Source: Eledone cirrhosa (taxonomy: Eukaryota). From it: a stretch of 64,000 bases of DNA. The stretch covers positions 256,432,001 through 256,496,000 of the forward strand of contig OZ024742.1 of assembly GCA_964016885.1 (NCBI GenBank), written 5' to 3'. Below the pieces are notes generated by a model. That model was not told the origin of the DNA. It saw only the letters and a list, made by a program, of their open reading frames with translations, and ran no database searches. The position numbers and the translations under genes were made by a program. Positions 55,367 through 64,000 of this stretch are shown one piece after another; the first letter of the stretch is position 1; each line of letters begins with the position of its first letter.

Positions 55367-57797
55367 ATCAAAAGGTGGTTAAAAGAGTTACATGTATTTT
55401 ATTATGCGCATTCAAAAACAAATATCATCATTGGATGATATTTGCGTCCTCATCAGATAAAATAGGGAGACATGATATGAAGCTTAAAAACACTTGCGAA
55501 CAGTGAAGTGTTAAATCAACATATGAAAAATAAAAAAAGATGGATACATGAGATTGGGAAAAAAAAGAAGGAAGAGGGAAGGAAAGGGTAAGGAAGAGGA
55601 AGAAAGAAAATAATAATAAAAATATATATATATATAATAATAAGGAAACGATGACGAAGGAGGAGTATAAGAAGGAAGGATGAGAGAGGAGTAGAAATGA
55701 GTGAGAGAGAGAGATAACTTTTAATACTGAGAAACACTGTCTCACTGAGAGAAATTAAAAAAAAATCCGTTGTAAGATAAAACATAATAAAAAATAAATT
55801 TAAAATTAAAAGTTAATGAGATTTATGAATGGTGAAGTTTATGATTAAAGAAAAAGGAATTAAGAATAGTATTTATTTAAGGTTTATATATTGAAGGTTT
55901 TAATAATATGTGCGAATCGGATTTTATTAATATGTATTATTTAAATAAAAAATATTAAGGAGATAAGGTGAATAAAGAAAAGGTTAAATTAATTATGCAC
56001 TTAGAGGAATTAGTTAGAGTCCAAGTTTGTTTCTATGTATTGTAATAGGAAAAAGTAAATAATAGGTTTAATATGAGCACGGAAGGAGAGAAGAAAGAGG
56101 AAAATTTAAGGAAGAAAATATATATAACGTCAAAAATAAAAAAATGTTTACAAAATTGACTAATGGTAATATTAGTATATATTTAAAATATAGTTTGTAT
56201 GGCCAAGAATATAAGGAAAATGCTATAGTGAGTAATACTATGAATTAAGAAGTAATTGAGAAGTAATAGTTACAGATTAAAGATTAAAAATTAAAAAAGA
56301 AAAAAAAGGATAAAAAATAAGAAAAATAAGGGACCGCTAACGACATAGAATGAGTAAATTGTATAATATAGTGAAATAAGGTAGAAAGATGGGTATATTT
56401 GTAAAAGACATAAAAGCCTTTGAGAAAAGAAGATTTAAAACTAATTAGGTAGTAAGGTATTAGCTGTATACTTTATGGAAGGTTCTATGGGATTTATGCA
56501 AGAGGAGCGAAAATAAATCCGTACGTCTATTTATTATAGAATTAAAATTAGAGATAATGGTAAATGTCTCCGCTAGGCAGAGATTACATGTTCTGGATAG
56601 GGAAGAATCCGGTAGGGAGAGGCGTTGCAAACCTACCCCCAAGAAATGTTGTAGTTAACATTTTTGTCTTTTAAGGACCATATGAGTTCTGAGAGTGCTG
56701 TGTTAGTTCTTTTAAGTTGGTATTTAAAAGACGAATTGTGATTATAAAATCTTACTTTAAAGGAAGTGGAAGTGGAACCAAAATAGGTAAAATCATTAGT
56801 ACCAGTTATAACCTTACATTCATACACTAAATTTTAATCAAGACATTGGTTACTAAGAGGACATTCAGTTCTAACAGGGCATTTACAATTACGATTAGAG
56901 AAATTACCAGAGTTATGAACAAGTGACCTAGTATTATTTATAGAAGGAATTGGATTGGAGAAGTTATTTACGATAGGTGCTTAAGATTCCTGATTTAGAT
57001 TGGTGTTATGAACATTCGACAAAGTTACGTTTGAAGCCGTATTTAAATTTACGGAATCTAGCCTACAGTTAACATTGACGTCGGGTTTACTATTGCTGTT
57101 ATTATTAGGCTCAGTGTTGGATGGATATAATTTATTATTTAATATTTTATTATTATGTTTAGAGATAATGTTAGAGATGTTGGAAGTGGTGGAATAAGAG
57201 AATTTGATTGTATCTTTGTTAAAGATCTTACTATAGATATGCGAGGGCGGGAAGCATTTATCTAAGGCCCTAAAAATAGTTTAGGAATATTACTAGTAAT
57301 AGATAGAGAAAAAGGAGCGTTGTACTAAATCATATTTTTGTATCTAGGTCTTTGGAATGTTCATAACTAAATATTTTAATATAACTCCCTCGATGGTTGG
57401 TTTCTTTACTGTATTTAATGTTGTCAGGATAACCGGCTTTGGAAAGCGCATTATTATAACAATTGGCTTTAGCGTCGAAGATAACTTTATTAGAGGATAG
57501 ATTTGAGATTCTTTTTTCAACATTACTGACTATAGCATTTTTAACGTTAATGGGTTGGTTAGATTTAAAATTAACATAATTTAGAATCCCATAATGTTTA
57601 TGGTAAGGGTAATATAGGCCGGTGTCAAAATTAAGGGATATATCCAGGAAGTTAGCTAGTTTGACGTTGTTTTCAAATTCAATTTTTAGGTTATGGTGCT
57701 CAAATAGATCAAGTAATAATATTAAGGTTAACTAAGTTACAGTTTAAGACAGTAAAAAAGGCATCGTCACGATAAATTCCACCGCGAAGTTGAGGAA

Positions 57798-57800
<3 letters not shown>
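55365..57800 (-). mobile_element. Naiad-type PLE (5'-truncated RT, GIY-YIG, T-rich 3'UTR, pseudo-LTR)
   Basis: GGIYRDDAF, NFLDISLN, KIFNKDTIKFSYSTTSN, CKCPVRTECPL..C, YFGSTSTSFKVRFYNH..TALSELIWSLK, CNLCLAE..INRRTDL; (TA)n at both ends. Confidence 0.88.
55395..55464 (-). ncRNA. Type I HHR with long stem II in Naiad pseudo-LTR
   Basis: Minus strand: tattttat-CTGATGA-ggacgcaaatatcatc caat gatgatatttgttttt-GAA-tgcgca-TA-ataaaata (one A of GAAA missing). Confidence 0.75.
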
Positions 57801-57835
<35 letters not shown>

Positions 57836-57838
<3 letters not shown>

Positions 57839-58119
57839 CGTTAAGAACTCAGAGTAGTCTCTTACAATTAAATAGCTCTAAGAAAAAGGCTTTTCCGCGC
57901 CATACAATATAATTGAATAAACAAGAGAGATGAACACTAATATAAACATAAATGTGTTCGAATCGTAAGGACTAAATTTGCTAAGGTGAAAACATACTAA
58001 CTATAGAAATATGGTTTGTTATCCTCGACTATAAATATTAAATTAATATTTAAAGTTGAGGATAACAAACCATATTGCTGTATTTATTGTAAGAGACTAC
58101 TCTGAGTTCTTAACTCAAT
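57836..58119. mobile_element. Double fold-back element flanked by TA (MITE-like or pseudo-LTR inversion)
   Basis: ~33 bp terminal inverted repeats 57836-57868/58086-58119 and an internal hairpin 58008-58076. Confidence 0.65.
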
Positions 58120-58432
58120 ATATATTTGTTGGCACAATCATGTAGAGCTAATTTGTAGTGTCCTGTCAGCCAGGCTGCTATTTTTAGCTGCAGGGAATTT
58201 AGAGACAAGCTGGATTCCGAATGACACGGGCGATAATTCATATCGTACACAATTCATTCTTAATATATTTAGAAATGAAAGGATGACTAATTACTCAACA
58301 ACTACTGAGGAGCAGAGAAACGTGAGAACTTCACTTAATAAGTCGTTGCGAAACAGTCCCCAATACTGTCTTGTTGCTACCAGGCGTTTTGCCCAATATA
58401 GGTCTGTTATTTTTCTTTATTTTTCTACACAA

Positions 58433-58484
<52 letters not shown>

Positions 58485-58589
58485 GATTCAAAGTTAATAA
58501 TCGCCCACACGCACACAAGCACGTACATATCACAAACTCACATACACACTTGTATATGTATTATATATATATATATATATATATATATT

Positions 58590-59220
58590 TAGATCCCGGT
58601 TTGTAAACAAATGTGATGTCATCTCAGGCCCTGATGAAGAGAGAAAGACATATATCGGGATGACCTCCAACAACTTTAAGACCCGTTGTTACGGTGTTAC
58701 GCACACACCCATTCTTTTCGGCGTCTGGACAAGTCCAAACAAACAATACCCGCCGCCCATGTCTGGGACCTAAAGAGGAACTCCATCCCCTTTACGCTCA
58801 AATGGAAACTACTCGAGAGAGCGCGGTCTTACACAGGAGGCCATAATTGCTTTGACCTTTCTATTTCCGACAGTTACGAAATGCTATTCGCCAAAGGACT
58901 CTTACTCAATAGACTCTCAGAACACTGCCCGAACTGCATGCACATAAACTATGCAACTTACAAGCCATATAGACCAGTTCTTCATCCTGAACGATGATCC
59001 CATATGACAACGGAATCGACATTAAACATTAAACACACTGCCCCGCGCCCCCTCACATCCCAACCCTACCTTCGCTTTGTTACCTTTCAAACTTATAACT
59101 TACTTTTCTCTACTTGTATTTTATGTTACTTAATTTTAACTTATGTTATTTGATGGCTTTTCAAATCTTGATTTTTTCCTTAAATTTTCCCCTTTGTGTA
59201 TTTTTATATTTATTTTTATA
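58590..59220 (+). mobile_element. Naiad-type GIY-YIG fragment with T-rich 3'UTR
   Basis: KTYIGMTSNNFK, HTHSFR, AAHVWDLK..FTLKWKLLERARSY, LLNRLSE..CMH; starts at (TA)n. Confidence 0.8.
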
Positions 59221-59226
59221 TATGTT

Positions 59227-59262
<36 letters not shown>

Positions 59263-59263
<1 letters not shown>

Positions 59264-60024
59264 GAATAAACTTAGTCCTTCTTCAGTGATCTTCCAGCCT
59301 TCATTGGTATTTCATCGCTTTAAAGACCATATACCTCTGGTTGGTACGAGCAACGGCTAAAGAAAGTCGTTGGGACACGCAAATAGAGGGAACGAGCGAG
59401 ACAGTAAACAAACAAACAAATATGATCATGCAACGAAAAGTGAGGAAGAAGGAGTCAAATTCCTGAAATCGATGAACATAAGTTCTGTGAAATCGTAGAC
59501 GAGAGAAAAAAGACTATCCAACCTTTTTGAAATGTGAGCGAGGAAAGGATTTCGCACAGGTCAAACGGGAGGAAGTGATGGTGAGGCAGTAGCAGAGAGT
59601 GAGTAAGAGAAAGTGTGAGGAAGAGGCTAACAGAGAGTAACTGGCAGAGGAGGTTAAACGAAAGTAAGAGATACATAGAAAGGGGAAGCGGTAAGAAAGA
59701 AACAGACGGTGTTGTATGTCTACGCCATCTTTTCAAGATGGCGTAGACATACAACACAACAGAAGGAAACAATATAACACCACTGACGATGTTGCAGATG
59801 TGCAACGAAAGATTTATGTAAATTATGTAAACTATATATATGTGTTTGTGTCTATATTGTATCTGTATTATTTTTGACCGTCGGTCAGTCAACGGCAACA
59901 TTGAGGACCGATTAAGTTAGATCGCAGATATAAAAGACAGCGAGAAGCGAAAACCAACCAAACAGTGAGTGTGTTATGTTATTAATTCTGGCAATATTAC
60001 ACAAATATGACCCTCCCCAAGTAT

Positions 60025-60030
<6 letters not shown>
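59263..60030 (+). mobile_element. PLE 3'UTR/pseudo-LTR, Nematis-like family
   Basis: CTGACGA-t-gttgca gatg tgcaac-GAAA at 59783-59810; downstream sequence homologous to 14035-14320 (minus strand), with the same terminus. Confidence 0.75.
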
Positions 60031-60078
<48 letters not shown>

Positions 60079-60289
60079 TTGTGTATGTATATATGTGTAT
60101 ATATATATGTAAAAATGTGTGTATATGTGTGTGCGTGTATGTATATATATATGTGTATATATATATGTATATGTATGTGTACATATACGTGTGTATATAT
60201 ATGTATATATATATGTTTATATATATGTGTGTATGTGTATATATATACATATATATATATATGTATGTGTGTTTGTATGTGTGTGTATG

Positions 60290-60320
<31 letters not shown>

Positions 60321-60635
60321 GTATATATATGTATATATATAAATATATATATATATCTGTATATATGTGTGTATATATATGTATATATATATATATATAT
60401 TTGTGTAAGAGAGTGTGTGTATCTATATATGTGTGTATGTATGTGCATGTATGTATATATGTATATATATATACATATATATATATGTATATGTATATAT
60501 GTATATGTATGTATATATATACACGTGTGTATGTGTGTCTGTATATATGTATTTGTATGTATATATATGTATTTATGTGCGTATGTGTGTGACTGTGTGT
60601 GCGTGGGCGCGTGTGTGTTGGCGTGTGTGCTTGTA
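60031..60635. repeat. Compound (TA)n/(TG)n microsatellite
   Basis: Low-complexity tract. Confidence 0.95.
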
Positions 60636-60879
60636 CTAACCTACCATTTTCACACATTTTCGATGAACTACTTGATACATTTTGTTCAAAATTGTACTAT
60701 AGAATAGGGTAGTGTTTATTTCAATTGTAACTTGCCAATAAAATTCTTCCTCTAAATAAATTTTGTTTTTTCTAAGAATCCCCATCCTTTAATCCCACCA
60801 TGACCTGTACCCCACTCCAACCACTACCATTCCCTTACCATGCCAAAATGTATAAATACAGAAATTTACATTGACAGTC

Positions 60880-60930
60880 GGCTTACTGATGATTTCCTCC
60901 GAATGAAACAGTTCTAGTCCTGTAGAAGCC
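60880..60930 (+). ncRNA. Type I hammerhead ribozyme in a solo pseudo-LTR
   Basis: ggctta-CTGATGA-t ttc ctcc gaa t-GAAA-cag ttctagtc ctg-TA-gaagcc; decayed sister at about 35990-36030, both followed by (CT)n(TA)n. Confidence 0.7.
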
Positions 60931-60947
60931 ATTTCTCTCTCTCTCTA

Positions 60948-60981
<34 letters not shown>

Positions 60982-61109
60982 CCTCTCTCACTCTTTATAT
61001 ATATATATATAAGAGATGTCAACATGAATGGACCTATTATTTTTATCTAAAGACATTTTTTCCAATTCCATTCTACCTGCCACCTTAATCTATTTTATTT
61101 CTCATTCTT

Positions 61110-61145
61110 TCTTCTGATGAAGGACAATAGTCCGAAATGTTAAGA
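61110..61145 (+). ncRNA. Minimal type I hammerhead ribozyme in a solo Neptune-type pseudo-LTR (about 61012-61220)
   Basis: tctt-CTGATGA-a-ggac aata gtcc-GAAA-tg-TT-aaga. Confidence 0.8.
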
Positions 61146-61224
61146 CTCTCTTCCTGCTACATCAAGCGTTAACCTTCTATAAACTGTACCGAATGTGTTG
61201 TTATTTCTGTTTACCTTTTACAAT

Positions 61225-61458
61225 TGGCTTAGTGGTTAAATGTTGTATGTTCAATTCGCTGACCGGGTGATATGTTGTTTCCTTGAGCAAGACACTTTAT
61301 TTCACGTTGCTCCAGTTTACTCAGCTGTACAAATGAGTACCGGCCTGCCCGCCCCGCCAGTGGGATGGCCTTATCTTATGGCTAAAACAGCACGATGTGC
61401 TGTGACCAGCGGCGCCGATTGGCACCCGACAGACTGGTCGGTGAAGGTGATCAAGGTG

Positions 61459-61460
<2 letters not shown>
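61225..61460 (+). mobile_element. tRNA-derived SINE with family B core
   Basis: A-box tggcttagtgg, B-box-like gttcaattc, ccttgagcaagacactttatttcacgttgctccag..cagctg..aaatgagta. Confidence 0.8.
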
Positions 61461-61492
<32 letters not shown>

Positions 61493-61572
61493 CACCTTCA
61501 CCGACCAGTCTGTCGGGTGCCAATCGGCGCCGCTGGTCACAGCACATCGTGGACTCATTCTAAACATGTATG

Positions 61573-61612
<40 letters not shown>

Positions 61613-61630
61613 CATATTTAGAATGAGTCC
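61391..61630. repeat. Two abutting inverted duplications, each centred on (TA)n
   Basis: 61391-61451 vs 61491-61551 is a perfect 61 bp IR; 61551-61574 vs 61607-61630 is an IR with 1 mismatch. Confidence 0.9.
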
Positions 61631-62232
61631 TGTTTCCTGTTATCCCTACACCAAATGTTCGCTAACCCCTAATTAAAAACAATTGAAAATAATAAATCCT
61701 ATATATCTAGAAGTTGATGATGGTGACGACTTAATATTGATCACAATTATAGTGATTCGAATAGATAACTATTCCATGAGATCTGCGCTTACTCCTCGAC
61801 GAAGTGAAAGGGTTGCAATTGTCTTCACAGATCCCAGATCTATCCAGGTTTGAACACCATTTCTCTCTTCCAGAGAAACAGAAACATACGTGCTGAAGAC
61901 GTGTAATAGCCCGACTACGTAAATATTCGCTAATATTGCGTTTTCTTTTCTGAAAATAGCGGCTGTAATATCTGCATTTGTGAAGTTATATTTTACAGAA
62001 ACAATATCGTCGAGGAGTTGAGATATTAATGTGTATCTCTACCAAAACAGCCAACATATCCGCTATCAACTAAATGTGTGCACTCTGAACAGTTGATTGC
62101 AACTGCATTACTGCAATTCAACAGATTCATTGAGTGAGCTAGACGCTGGCCGGAGGACGCTGAATTAATACCACCGATCTTCGTTACGTTTATTATTATT
62201 ATTATATATACAGTGAGAGAGAGAGAGAGATG

Positions 62233-62267
<35 letters not shown>

Positions 62268-62269
62268 TG

Positions 62270-62304
<35 letters not shown>

Positions 62305-62649
62305 ACAGAGATGATATGAGAGTAAGAACTTTATTTATCGACATTGTCATGAGGAAAGACACAGTTGATCTCTCCGGGATTTACATTCAGAATATAAAGT
62401 GTCGGAATGAATACGGCCAGTATTATATCTTATGTTCTAACTACTCTACCAATTCGTTGCCTTAGAATATTATTACAAAATATTATCATCCAAATGTGTG
62501 TTTCATACAACACCAGCAGCATACACAGTTGCTCATGACAAATCACTTCACACTTAAACATTTTTCACCAAGATAGAGACAAAATTATTTCTAATGTACT
62601 CACTTGGCTAACAGTTTTATGTGTCGGGAAAGTCAATTATATTAGGCTC

Positions 62650-62880
62650 AGAACTTGATGGTTACTTTCATTTCATGGAACCTGGAAGGATGAAAGTCAA
62701 AGTTGAACTTGGCGGTATTCGACCTCAGTATGTAAAATGCGAGAACAAAATAATTATGACAATTTTTAATTTAGGCTCAAAGCCAGTAATTCGGGAGAAA
62801 GGGATAATCGGTTATATCAACTGTATTACTTAACTGGTACTTTATTTTATCGATCTCGGCAGCATGAAAAGTAAAGGTAC
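62650..62880 (-). mobile_element. Two degenerate SINE family A fragments
   Basis: ggaaggatgaaagtcaaagttgaacttggcgg; taactggtactttattttatcgatctcgg. Confidence 0.6.
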
Positions 62881-64000
62881 AACTGATAATGATGGAGCAA
62901 TATACGTTATTTTGGTGCCTTGATATTGATGCTTTAAGCGATCGTTGTTAAGTTATTTCAGTACTTATTCATTAGAATATTCAATGTGACCTACCCTTAA
63001 AATCTAGAGCAATCCTAGTTGCGCAGTCGTGATAACAAAGTATGGAATCGTCCTTTACCGGTTTTGACCATGAATGTTATATTTGTATAATCAATGGTAC
63101 AGCCTACTCTTAAAATTAACATGTTTTAACATTTGACACTCACGTGTTCTCTTAACAAAATTATCCGGGGGATTTAATGAGTCACATGCATAACAAATCT
63201 GTCCCCTTGACTTACAGTTAGTCTATTAGACAGGCTTCAAAACATCTTTTGCTTACCACATTTTATACAAAATGCATGGGTCGAGCCGGAGCTAAGGTCA
63301 AATATATTTTATCGAGACGCAATGCAGGCAGATTGCAACGGGGAACTAATGATTGCAAAGCAAGCTTCGTATCCACCCGATCATGCTTCTTCCCCCATAA
63401 CATACCACATTACTACAAGATACTAGCATGTTTAGAAATAGTATTTCTTCTAGCATTATTCTTATAAACCCTCAGTTATTATATAAATTCGGTTAAATGA
63501 TTCCCCTATGTTTCCACGAAGAGTACTCAGTTGTTCGACCTTATGAATGTCCAAACCATGATTTAACGTGTAAATATTTAAGGTATAAACTGACACGATT
63601 TGTAACTTCAAGCCAAATTGGCCTGATACAATATGTAACTAGGCTGTGCTAATGAATTAATGGTACAGTATATCCGACTGGTTTCCTTCGTGAATCGATC
63701 TACTCAGAATCATTGTGATGGCTAAGATTGACACACTTCTATGATAAATATTTTCCCAAGAGGACAGGCAGTGGGTAGGAAGCCGAGAACTCATGATAGC
63801 AAAGTAAACTTCTTCATCTCTCAGAAATACTACGTTCACAATTTTATATATACGGCAGTCATCTCGCTATATAATTGTATCTGGCTGTTGGACTCATGAT
63901 CATAGCGTCGTGAGTTCGATTCCTTAACCGGAAGATATTTCATTTCAATTTTCTATTAAGTATAAGTGCCTGCTTCATAAAATAGCCAAGGGACCTCCTA

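Noticed and set aside
63880-63935. tRNA gene candidate (gtgagttcgattcc)
   Set aside because: B-box only, no cloverleaf; more likely a decayed SINE head

Overview
AT-rich, microsatellite-saturated animal genomic DNA with no supportable host protein-coding exon. The SINE families resemble, from memory, those of octopus/cephalopod genomes; this is inference. Nearly all ORFs in the track are artefacts of (TA)n/(CA)n/(TACA)n repeats. The real content is decayed mobile DNA. It includes an R4/Dong-type RLE non-LTR retrotransposon split by a non-autonomous Helitron, RTE-type LINE remnants, a Tc1/mariner remnant and two tRNA-type SINE families. It also includes about nine coding fragments of Penelope-like elements (PLEs; Neptune-, Naiad-, Nematis- and Penelope/Poseidon-like). 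The most striking signal is more than a dozen type-I hammerhead ribozyme (HHR) motifs. Some lie in PLE pseudo-LTRs. Others lie in at least six distinct non-coding 430-660 bp retrozyme-like units. These occur as partial tandem repeats, several with 5' fold-back inversions, sit in (TA)n tracts, and mostly end at an internal TATA-like microhomology. Clade names are assigned from remembered motifs, not database searches.
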